A stretch of DNA of 30,712 nt. It comes from an uncultured Nitratifractor sp. (lineage in GTDB: Bacteria > Campylobacterota > Campylobacteria > Campylobacterales > Sulfurovaceae). Both the position numbers and the translations under genes were made by a program. Below are positions 16,183 through 24,715 of this stretch, piece after piece; the stretch's first letter is position 1; each line of letters opens with the position of its first letter. A model generated the notes under the pieces. It saw nothing but the letters and a program-made list of their open reading frames with translations, was not told where the DNA came from and did not search any database. Where the stretch lies: assembly GCA_964496735.1 (NCBI GenBank), contig CAZCAZ010000001.1:1-30712 (forward strand), read 5' to 3'.

Positions 16183-18990
16183 TTAATGCCTATCACTCCT
16201 TCTTTTTCCATACCGTCGAGGTGTACCCCGCTTGCCCTTGGCATAGCAACTTTCGCAGATGCTGAAACGGTACGAGAAGTCCAGAATTTTACTGCATCGG
16301 CGGCAACGTTTGACAAAATCCCCTTTTGCTAGCGATGTTTCGATGAAACGATTGAGGCGGATGCGGGCGGTGATGGCAGCCTCGGTGTCAGGGAAATGCT
16401 CAGGAAATCGAAAGCTCAGCCAAAGGTACAACGAGACCTCCTTGACGCGGTCTTCGGCGTTGAGGAGCTCTTCGTTGGTATGGGCATGGGGTGGGAGGTC
16501 ACGCGGGGGGATATGTGGGACGGCCTCATCTTTCTCCAAATGCTTCAGATAGCGGCGAAACACTGATTCGATGTACGGGGAGTTAATGCTTACCGGTGCG
16601 GTGGCCAGATGATAGCGTGAACGCAGGTCAAGCGTGTATTCACCTACAATCGCAGCAATTTCAAGCATTGACTCGATATTGGCGGCCACAAACGGGCCAT
16701 CAAACTCCATGTTGTCCGCAAAGAAGGTCAGAATATAGAGCAGATCATCTGTCTCGAGGATTTCACCGATAAGCATCACATGGTGAAGGCTAGCCATGAC
16801 AGAGAAAGGAAGCTCAAGATCTGGCAAAGGGGCATCAAACTTGACTGCTATGGTCTTGAGAGTTGATGCATCTAGAGCTCCAATCATCCCTTTTTCGTGC
16901 ATTCCATACCGTCCGGCACGTCCGGCGATTTGGAGAACCTCGGTGCTACGAAGCTCTCGTCGGCGCAGGCCGTCAAATTTATTGTCCCGTGCGAAGAGCA
17001 GGGTGCGTATGGGAAGATTGAGCCCCATGGCAATGGCATCCGTGGAGACAAGTATATCGCTCTCTCCCTCACGAAATTTTCGGGCTTCTTCGCGGCGAAC
17101 TTCTGGAGAAAGATTACCATAAATAACCGAGACACGATGATGGGCACTTAGGCGCTGGCGAAAAGCAAGTACTTCCTTGCGGGAGAAGGCGACCACGGCG
17201 CTCATCGGTGGAATTTTCTTGAGGGGGAGGGGGGCAGTCATCACTTCGAGGGGATTTTTACGCTCGAAGTATATCACCTCCAACTCTTCCCCAAGATACG
17301 CTGCCAACTCACTCACAGCCTTCACAGCATCCACGGACCCGGTGAGAATCAATGTTTTAGCCGGAGCACCAATAAGGGCATTCGCCCAAGCCCAACCCCG
17401 ATCACGATCTGCGATCATCTGTATCTCGTCGATCACGCAGCAGTCCACTTCGGCCTCAAAATTGAGCATTTCGATCGTCGAGCTGATGTGGCTGGACTCT
17501 TCGTCAAGAATCTCCTCTTCACCCGTGATCAGCGAAGCATGCACGCCATGCTCACGCAATGACTCATACCCCTCCAGTGCCAACAAGCGCAACGGCGCAA
17601 GATAATAACCCGTCTGAGCGGCGCGGAGATGCTCCATGGCTGCATAGGTTTTGCCACTGTTGGTGGGTCCAGCATGGAAAATGATTTTGCGTTGCAACTC
17701 TCGGGCGAGAGGAAATAGCTGCTTGAAGTCGCGGATGGTTTTGGCGAGGAGCTCTTCGCGTTTCTTTTTTTCACGCAAAGGCTGGAGGTACTCGGTAAAA
17801 TGATAGAGGATTCGGCGAAGTGTTTTGCCCTTGATCTTGAGATTTCCAGAGCTAGCAAGCTGAGGCTCAAGGAATTGAAGTATATGTTTCCATACGATTG
17901 CATCGTCAATATCAAGCCCCATTGTCAGGAGGCTTGCTTCATGATGTATCTCCTTTAATGCCAGGTCAAAATGCTCGAGTGTCTTCTGATTGACCGCCAT
18001 AAGATCCTCGGCTATCGGTAGCGCATCGCCTCGCCAAATCATTGCATAGAAGAGCGGTTTACCGTATGCAACACTGAGTCGGTAAGGGACAGCATGACCT
18101 TGGAGCTCAATCGTCTGGTGCTGCTCAACAACAAACTGCTCAGAACCATTGATCAGAAAAAACCGCTCATCAATCCCCCGAACAATGGCCTCACATAGAT
18201 CATACTCTATGGGATTATGATAGCAGTCCCCCTCGACTGGGAGACGGCGCAAGTGGGCATCAATCTGCTTATGCTTCAAATAGGGGTGTGGGCGAGAAAA
18301 AAGTACCGACACAAAGGAGTCGATCCGCTTTTGTTTTGCATCAATTAAAGACTGCTTTTGCTCACTTAGCTTCTCTATAATCGTATCATTTTCCTCAGCC
18401 AGACCGTCCAAAGGGGCTGATCGTACTACAAGTGTCTTGGCGAAATCATGCTCAGGCAAAGCAAAATGAAACGAATGGTGAAATTCCATCTCTCCTGCAG
18501 ATGTAAACACCACATCCAACTTGGTCTCCAGGAGGGTCGTGTGGATCTTGAGTCGGCGATAGTGCAGGGCATTGACGATCTTTTTGGGCGTGATTTTTCC
18601 AGGACGGGCATCGATAAACTGCTCAAGAATCGCCCGCTCTTCATCGTCAGTGTGTGGATACTTGGCCAACAAGGCCAAGATTTCTTCGACCTTGTCCAGC
18701 TGTGCACCAGAATGAAGCGCCGTGCTTTTGCGAGATCGGCCTCGCTTGGCCGAAAGGTAGCTGATGATATTTTTGCGTTGATAAAACTCACCTTCGCTCC
18801 AAAGTCGCCGCAATCCTCGGATCATGCTGTCACGCTCAAGCGAGGGGAGGGCGAGGTCAACGATCAAGACCAATTCGGTCAACTCATCATCAGGCAGAGT
18901 GCTTACCCCTTCGTCAAACGGCATCCCGTCAAAAATCTCCCGAACTGCATTGTTGAGCTTGATTAGATGTTTTTGCTTCTTTTTGGCCAT
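16183..18990 (-). CDS. SUV3-like superfamily-2 RNA helicase with long N-terminal region and C-terminal CxxC-CxxC zinc ribbon
   Basis: GPTNSGKT, YLAPLRLLALE, DEIQ, RGWAWANAL, VAFSRK, YGNLSPEVR, STDAIAMGLN, QIAGRAGR; C-terminus CRRC...CESC. Confidence 0.88.
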   Translation of the reverse strand: MAKKKQKHLIKLNNAVREIFDGMPFDEGVSTLPDDELTELVLIVDLALPSLERDSMIRGLRRLWSEGEFYQRKNIISYLSAKRGRSRKSTALHSGAQLDKVEEILALLAKYPHTDDEERAILEQFIDARPGKITPKKIVNALHYRRLKIHTTLLETKLDVVFTSAGEMEFHHSFHFALPEHDFAKTLVVRSAPLDGLAEENDTIIEKLSEQKQSLIDAKQKRIDSFVSVLFSRPHPYLKHKQIDAHLRRLPVEGDCYHNPIEYDLCEAIVRGIDERFFLINGSEQFVVEQHQTIELQGHAVPYRLSVAYGKPLFYAMIWRGDALPIAEDLMAVNQKTLEHFDLALKEIHHEASLLTMGLDIDDAIVWKHILQFLEPQLASSGNLKIKGKTLRRILYHFTEYLQPLREKKKREELLAKTIRDFKQLFPLARELQRKIIFHAGPTNSGKTYAAMEHLRAAQTGYYLAPLRLLALEGYESLREHGVHASLITGEEEILDEESSHISSTIEMLNFEAEVDCCVIDEIQMIADRDRGWAWANALIGAPAKTLILTGSVDAVKAVSELAAYLGEELEVIYFERKNPLEVMTAPLPLKKIPPMSAVVAFSRKEVLAFRQRLSAHHRVSVIYGNLSPEVRREEARKFREGESDILVSTDAIAMGLNLPIRTLLFARDNKFDGLRRRELRSTEVLQIAGRAGRYGMHEKGMIGALDASTLKTIAVKFDAPLPDLELPFSVMASLHHVMLIGEILETDDLLYILTFFADNMEFDGPFVAANIESMLEIAAIVGEYTLDLRSRYHLATAPVSINSPYIESVFRRYLKHLEKDEAVPHIPPRDLPPHAHTNEELLNAEDRVKEVSLYLWLSFRFPEHFPDTEAAITARIRLNRFIETSLAKGDFVKRCRRCSKILDFSYRFSICESCYAKGKRGTPRRYGKRRSDRH

Positions 18991-19087
18991 ATGAATTAAA
19001 CTTTATCTTTTTTGATATGATAGCGTAAATATTTACCAATATACGCTCGTGACGCGCCTACGATGCAAGACAAAAAGCCTTTTAGGC

Positions 19088-19093
19088 TATAAT
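19088..19093 (+). promoter_or_regulatory. -10 box (GGC)TATAAT for the deacetylase gene
   Basis: 53 nt upstream of ATG 19147. A divergent GC-TATCAT at 19022-19017 may serve the helicase. Confidence 0.5.
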
Positions 19094-19146
19094 TACGGAA
19101 ATATTAATAAATAATACTGCTTATTTACAAGGAAATATTACCTAAT

Positions 19147-20829
19147 ATGGCTATCAACAAACTACACCTCACAACCCTTTCAGCTCTCCTTCTTGCTGGA
19201 CAGAGTGCCTCAGCCGAAAGCCGGTCTCATCATCCAAACCCTATGGATATTCTCAGTGGCCGACATCACAGGCAACCAGTGCAAAAAGTCAAAAAACAAA
19301 AACCCAAACCTTCCACAACTCCCTCCAGCACCCCTGCAAGACGGCCAGCACACAAAAAGCCGGTCATGTATAAACAGTCATCCGTGCAAGATAAATCACC
19401 GGTAGTAGATATAACGCCACCGCCCGCACCGCAGCAGGACGAGACACTTGAGACCATTAATCTTGATGAGACCAATGAGCAGCTTTCGGCTATGGATATC
19501 CTCTCGGGCAAAACACAGCACACGAACGCACCGAGAAGCAATCTAGGTGGTATGACGCTCCCCGGACACATGGAGGCCAATAACACCTCACATCAGGCAA
19601 AGCAAACCCTAATCACAGTCAACAATCAGGTGACCACGCAAGAACCCAACAGCGAAACCCCCACCGGACAACACCTCAAAATCCTTTTGTCCACCAAAGA
19701 CATCAGCACGCTTCTGCCGACATTCACCAAGCCGAATGGCACAATAAAGGCACCCAAAGACAAAACGCTCTATATGACCTTTGACGATGGTCCAATCGGC
19801 GGTACAGAGAACTTATTGCGTGTCTTGCGTGAGGAGAATGTCAAGGCTACGATGTTTTGCATTGGGCGAGAAGTTGTCCGAAGCCCCAAGTTGTTCCAAG
19901 AAGAGCTGGCCATGCCCAATCTTCTCGTCGCCAACCACACCTATACCCATGCCAATGGCCATTATCGTCTTTTCTATAGCAACACCGCACACCTGACGGC
20001 CGACATCAATAAGGCTCAAAACGCAATCGGCGGAGCCAAGTACCTCAGGCTCTGTGGTCGAAACGTCTGGCGACTGCCCGTTGTCAAGCGAGACGACTGG
20101 GGCCTGGGCCGTGCTCAGAGCGGACGTGAGCATTCAAAATACAATGCCTTATGGAATGCAGGCTACTTTATCTACGGGTGGGATGTTGAGTGGCTCTTTA
20201 GTCACAAAACCCAGCGACCGCTCTTTGATGGCCAAGAGATGGCACGACGGGTCAACAGCCGCTACCAAAGCCACCACACAGCCAAGCCGGGCAGGGTTGT
20301 GTTGCTGGCACACGATTTCATGTTTCGCTCCGAGTACAACACGCAACAACTCCGCTCTTTTATACACATCATGAAAGCACAAGGCTGGGTATTCAAAACC
20401 ATTGACGACTACAGCCCTTATACACCCGATGCGTTCGTTCATCCACCCGCAAAGACAGAGCCTATCGCCGTACCCGTTCCAGCCAACCAGCCAAAAATCA
20501 TACAATCCAGCCTCACGGTCGTCAGCCCTGCAGTCCAATTGAGCCGTGCCATCCAGCACCAGTCACTCACTGAAGTCCAGCGCCTACTAAAAAAAGGTGC
20601 CCGCATCAATGATCAAGACCCCCAAGGAGAACTCCCGCTCAATCTGGCTATCAAGACCCGCAACTTGAACCTGGTGCGTATGCTTGTTGAACATGGGGCA
20701 CGTATTTTTCATCTCGATGCTGAAGGGATGAGTCCCATGGGCGTCGCTCACCAGCAAGGAAATACGGGGATAATCTCATACTTAAAAGATCAAATAAAAT
20801 CCTCAAAAAAGCAGCAAAAATCCTCCTAA
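19147..20829 (+). CDS. Secreted polysaccharide deacetylase (NodB/CE4) with C-terminal ankyrin repeats
   Basis: Signal peptide ending SASA; TFDDGP, NHTYTH, GWDVEW, LAHDF; ankyrin repeats (VQRLLKKGARIN..DPQGELPLNLAI..NLVRMLVEHGA..DAEGMSPM). Confidence 0.85.
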   Translation: MAINKLHLTTLSALLLAGQSASAESRSHHPNPMDILSGRHHRQPVQKVKKQKPKPSTTPSSTPARRPAHKKPVMYKQSSVQDKSPVVDITPPPAPQQDETLETINLDETNEQLSAMDILSGKTQHTNAPRSNLGGMTLPGHMEANNTSHQAKQTLITVNNQVTTQEPNSETPTGQHLKILLSTKDISTLLPTFTKPNGTIKAPKDKTLYMTFDDGPIGGTENLLRVLREENVKATMFCIGREVVRSPKLFQEELAMPNLLVANHTYTHANGHYRLFYSNTAHLTADINKAQNAIGGAKYLRLCGRNVWRLPVVKRDDWGLGRAQSGREHSKYNALWNAGYFIYGWDVEWLFSHKTQRPLFDGQEMARRVNSRYQSHHTAKPGRVVLLAHDFMFRSEYNTQQLRSFIHIMKAQGWVFKTIDDYSPYTPDAFVHPPAKTEPIAVPVPANQPKIIQSSLTVVSPAVQLSRAIQHQSLTEVQRLLKKGARINDQDPQGELPLNLAIKTRNLNLVRMLVEHGARIFHLDAEGMSPMGVAHQQGNTGIISYLKDQIKSSKKQQKSS

Positions 20830-21125
20830 GCTCTTTCTGAAAACACAAGAACATAACCCGCAAGTAGATGCTCCTTTTGCGCACAGCGCAAGAGGGCAAG
20901 TTAGTCTTGGTTAACATAATATAAAATATATTCGATAAATAAATACTTGAACTCTTGGACTTTTCCCGCGTAGCGGGCGCGTAATTTTTTTCAAAAACAG
21001 CTGCTATTTGGCCAATATCTCCTATGTATTTATCAAAAAAGACAAAACCTACCCGAGGAAATACTTTATAATATAAGATCACTGAGTTGGAGAAACAAGC
21101 CATTATATGGTTATTTTATCATATA

Positions 21126-21256
21126 TGAACACATGTTCACTTAAACGGGAAGGTTTATCCTACTGATATGAACAAATGTTCATATCACATGCGAGACTAT
21201 TTTCCCTAAATGAACATTTGTTCACTGTCATTTCTTGACAAATGAACAAATGTTCA
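21126..21256. promoter_or_regulatory. Four palindromic operators TGAACANNTGTTCA
   Basis: Copies at 21126-21139, 21169-21182, 21211-21224 and 21243-21256, each with perfect 6-bp arms. Copy 2 extends to GATATGAACA-AA-TGTTCATATC. Confidence 0.9.
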
Positions 21257-21263
21257 CTATACT
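21235..21263 (+). promoter_or_regulatory. sigma70 promoter TTGACA-17-TATACT for tetR-citE
   Basis: -35 at 21235-21240 and -10 at 21258-21263. Operator 4 fills the spacer. Confidence 0.85.
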
Positions 21264-21289
21264 TCTGATATTATTTTGGAAGGAATGTC

Positions 21290-21928
21290 ATGGAATCTTC
21301 TACCAAGCGCACGGGCAAAACCAAAGAGAAGATACTGGCTCAGTCGCTCAAGCTGTTCGCCTCCAAGGGTTTCAAGGAAACCACTGTTCGCGATATTGCT
21401 ACTGCGGTTGGTTTGCAGCAAGGTGCACTCTATAATCACTTCAAAAACAAAGACGCGATCCTTACTGCACTGATCGACCAGTTGATGAGTTCAGCTATCG
21501 TCACCATCTTTGAAGAGAAAGAACCTGACGAGCTCTACAAACGCGGCAAAGCACTTCTAGCGAACATTGCTACGACCTTCAAGCTTTTGAGCTTTGACGG
21601 CAAAAATGAAGCCCTCTTCAAGCTCATGATGCAAGAGATGTACAAAAACAGTGATGTGCGTGACCTCTACCATGAATATTTCTATCAGCACAACATCAAA
21701 AAACTCTCATCCATACTCTTCATGATGATGCAGGATGAAATGATTCGCTCGTACGACCCACTGACACTGGCCAATGAATTCTTGACGCCCCTATTCTTCT
21801 ATCAGACACAGGTCATACTTTTAAAGCTTGATGACAAGTCCACTTCGTCGGCTGTGACGCTATTTGAGAAGCACGTAGACTACTTCTGGGACTCCGTACG
21901 TATCCGAGAACAAGAAGGCCTCGCATGA
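21290..21928 (+). CDS. TetR/AcrR-family transcriptional regulator
   Basis: KTKEKILAQSLKLFASKGFKETTVRDIATAVGLQQGALYNHFKNKDAIL. SD GGAAGGA. Confidence 0.95.
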   Translation: MESSTKRTGKTKEKILAQSLKLFASKGFKETTVRDIATAVGLQQGALYNHFKNKDAILTALIDQLMSSAIVTIFEEKEPDELYKRGKALLANIATTFKLLSFDGKNEALFKLMMQEMYKNSDVRDLYHEYFYQHNIKKLSSILFMMMQDEMIRSYDPLTLANEFLTPLFFYQTQVILLKLDDKSTSSAVTLFEKHVDYFWDSVRIREQEGLA

Positions 21929-22833
21929 TCTTCAAGAACCTCCCCTTCTCTATTCCTCCTGGTCGTGGTCAGCACACCAAAGCCCCCTGCGCGCACACCC
22001 GTCACCGATCCAACATGATGCTCAATCCACTCGAGCTCAAACACCTCAATCGCATCGATGAGCTCTCAGCCGATGCGATCACGCTCAACCTAGAAGATGC
22101 CATCGCTCCCACGCGCAAGCAAGAGGCCTTGGAAAATATCGCCCTCTTTCTTTCGCACTGCCCAGCGAGCCCTAGTCGCATCATTGTCCGCGTTAATCCG
22201 CTTGATCAGGGAGGTGCCGAAGAGATCGCTTACCTCAATACCATAGGATTTGATGCTGTCCGGCTGGCCAAGGTGCGCACTCGTGACGAAATCGAGCGGG
22301 CGCTTGCCCTCCTCGCGCCGGACAAGACCCTGCATATCTCCGTTGAAACATCTGGGGCTTTTCGAGATTTAGCACAATGGGGAGACTTCGAGCGTCTTAC
22401 GACTGCCAACCTCGGCATCTTGGACTTGCTGGCCGATCTCAATCTCTCCCATCGACTGTTAACGCCCGGCAATCCTACCATCGACTATATCCTGTCAGCC
22501 TTTTTGGTTCGTTCACGGACAGCGGGGCTGATCCCGACAGGATTTATGTTTCAAGACTATGCCGATACGGCCACCTATGCTCTTTGGCTTCGGCACCTCA
22601 AGGACATGGGATATGACGCAGCTGCATGCATGGGGCCAGCTCAAGTATCTCTTGCTAATCGCATGTTTGATATTGACTCCCATGAACAAGAGCGCGCCCT
22701 GTATATCCGAGAGGTTTTTGAAAAAAATCAATCAAAAAATATCAACGGTTTCATGGATGCTCGTTATGGATTTATCGATGAGCCTATTTATCGCGATGCC
22801 TTGAATATACTTGCCAATATCAATCAGAATTAA
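21925..22833 (+). CDS. CitE/HpcH-HpaI family acyl-CoA lyase (citrate lyase beta-like)
   Basis: DAITLNLEDAIA, IIVRVN, ISVET, LGILDL, GPAQV, GFIDEP. ATGA overlap with tetR. Confidence 0.85.
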   Translation: MIFKNLPFSIPPGRGQHTKAPCAHTRHRSNMMLNPLELKHLNRIDELSADAITLNLEDAIAPTRKQEALENIALFLSHCPASPSRIIVRVNPLDQGGAEEIAYLNTIGFDAVRLAKVRTRDEIERALALLAPDKTLHISVETSGAFRDLAQWGDFERLTTANLGILDLLADLNLSHRLLTPGNPTIDYILSAFLVRSRTAGLIPTGFMFQDYADTATYALWLRHLKDMGYDAAACMGPAQVSLANRMFDIDSHEQERALYIREVFEKNQSKNINGFMDARYGFIDEPIYRDALNILANINQN

Positions 22834-22916
22834 TATCAAAAAAAGTGCCATAAATACACACTTTAAAATTTTATAATAATTCCTATCAATTCTTTTTGTC
22901 AAAATTTTTATATATA

Positions 22917-22925
22917 TGGTATAAT
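22917..22925 (+). promoter_or_regulatory. Extended -10 promoter TGGTATAAT
   Basis: Exact TGnTATAAT 46 nt upstream of ATG 22972. Confidence 0.65.
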
Positions 22926-22971
22926 ATCAAATCAAGGAACAATCATTACATCATTCGGGGGAACGAAAACA

Positions 22972-24081
22972 ATGAGGGTTATATCTATTTTTGCACTTGC
23001 GCTGCTCGCTGCCCTGCCCTTGCTGGCCAAGGAAGGCTTCAAGCGCTATCCGGTGGAATCGGCAACGATCTTGTACGACATCAACACTACGGGCACGTCC
23101 GTTGGCTTGCGTACTCAAACACTCGGTGTCGCACGGCTGGTGTTTGACCATTGGGGTGCTCGCGAGATCAAAGAAGAGGACGCGACAGAGATTCAGACAG
23201 GGGACTTCAACGAAACCCGCAACCGTCGAAGCATGAACAAAATCGATTTCGGTACCACATACACCATCGATTATGACGAGAACATCACCTACAAAACACG
23301 AGACAGAGATCTGGATATAGCCATTGCAGAAGGAAGAGATCTTTCTGAAGAAAACTTCACCTTTCTCAAAGATTTGCATGCAACCCGGACCGGAACCGAA
23401 ACCATTGTTGGTCTCGTGTGCGATGTGTGGAAAAGCAAAAACCAAGAAATGTGCCTTTATCAAGGCATTCCGCTGAAGATCACTATCCATGCCGAAGGAT
23501 TTCAGAGCTCCCGCATAGCCGTTTATGCCAAAATAAATTCCCCCGTCCAGGAAAGCGAGTTTGCCTTGCCGGATCATTTCCCAATCGTAGTCGACGACGA
23601 CTATACAAGCAACGCCTCGGCCCGCACACGAAGTGACGATTATCTTGCTGCTGTCGATGATCTGCATGCCGCCCTCAAAGGGATGTCCATTGATTTGAGT
23701 GACACCAACCAAACTTTAGCGCCCAATCAAGAAAGAGACATCATCAACATCCTTGGCAAACGCTATCTTGCAAAACAAAAACGCCTCCTGCCCAAACTCA
23801 AGATTGCCATCAAGACAGCCAAGCTCTGTATCGCTGACGCCAACAATTCTCAAGTCGCCGAGGCTTGCATTAAGCCGATCAATACTATTGACGAAGAACT
23901 GGGTGATAAAACCGAACATTTTACTTACAGCGACTGGAATAGCACCAAGCGCCAAGCCATTATCAAGTCTCTGGAGACTGAAGCTGGTTATCTGGACGCC
24001 ACTATCGACTGTGTGCAAAAATTCGATAAAACAACTGATGTAATCCGCTGCACCGAAGGCAGCCTGATGCCCAATGAGTAA
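22972..24081 (+). CDS. Exported hypothetical protein (DUF4412-like N-terminal domain, Cys-containing helical C-terminus)
   Basis: Signal peptide, a GTETIVGLVCDVW motif reminiscent of DUF4412-like domains, and its own promoter. The domain call is tentative. Confidence 0.6.
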   Translation: MRVISIFALALLAALPLLAKEGFKRYPVESATILYDINTTGTSVGLRTQTLGVARLVFDHWGAREIKEEDATEIQTGDFNETRNRRSMNKIDFGTTYTIDYDENITYKTRDRDLDIAIAEGRDLSEENFTFLKDLHATRTGTETIVGLVCDVWKSKNQEMCLYQGIPLKITIHAEGFQSSRIAVYAKINSPVQESEFALPDHFPIVVDDDYTSNASARTRSDDYLAAVDDLHAALKGMSIDLSDTNQTLAPNQERDIINILGKRYLAKQKRLLPKLKIAIKTAKLCIADANNSQVAEACIKPINTIDEELGDKTEHFTYSDWNSTKRQAIIKSLETEAGYLDATIDCVQKFDKTTDVIRCTEGSLMPNE

Positions 24082-24090
24082 ATAGGACTA

Positions 24091-24099
24091 TGCTATAAT
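24091..24099 (+). promoter_or_regulatory. Extended -10 promoter TGCTATAAT for lemA-DUF2207
   Basis: Exact motif 45 nt before ATG 24145. Confidence 0.65.
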
Positions 24100-24144
24100 A
24101 GATTGAGTTATTTTTCTCTAATCTATCCATACAAGGAGCATTTT

Positions 24145-24711
24145 ATGAGTTTTGGTACTGTTATTTTGATTGTGATTGTCGGGGTCGTCTTTTATCTCAT
24201 AGCGATCTACAACAAATTTGTCTCGCTTCAGGCAGGCATCGATGCAGCTTGGTCGGATATTGACGTCCAACTCAAGCGCCGCTACAATCTCATCCCATCT
24301 CTGGTTCATGTCGTCAAAGGCTACAAGGATTACGAAGCCAGCACACTGGAAAAAGTGATCGAAGCCCGCCAAATGAGTATGGGAGCCAAAAATCCCGCAG
24401 ATAAGAGTGCCGCCGAAAGCCTACTGGGAGCCTCATTGGGCAAACTCTTCGCGCTGGCCGAAGCCTACCCCGATCTCAAGGCCGACTCGCAGTTTCTCAA
24501 TCTCCAGTCGGAGCTCAGCAGCGTAGAGGACACGATCCAGAACTCACGCCGCTATTACAATGCCATCACGCGTGATTACAATGCCAAACTCAAATCCTTC
24601 CCTGATGTCATGATCGCCCAGAAATACCATTTTACTCCGCGTGATTATTTTGAGCTCGAAGAGGCCGAAGTTGAATCTGTCAAACAGATGCCCGAGATCG
24701 ACTTGAGCTGA
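24145..24711 (+). CDS. lemA: LemA family protein
   Basis: YNKFV, AWSDIDVQLKRRYNLIP, ALAEAYPDLKA, SRRYYN. Start set at ATG 24145 after AAGGAG. Confidence 0.95.
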   Translation: MSFGTVILIVIVGVVFYLIAIYNKFVSLQAGIDAAWSDIDVQLKRRYNLIPSLVHVVKGYKDYEASTLEKVIEARQMSMGAKNPADKSAAESLLGASLGKLFALAEAYPDLKADSQFLNLQSELSSVEDTIQNSRRYYNAITRDYNAKLKSFPDVMIAQKYHFTPRDYFELEEAEVESVKQMPEIDLS

Positions 24712-24715
24712 TGCG

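Noticed and set aside
21126-21256. Four repeats as a mini-CRISPR array
   Set aside because: The repeats are 14-bp palindromes with unequal 18-29 bp gaps, lie within a promoter, and have no cas genes; an operator array fits better.
22951-23712. 253-aa minus-strand ORF
   Set aside because: Antisense to a gene with a signal peptide, promoter and SD; no motif.
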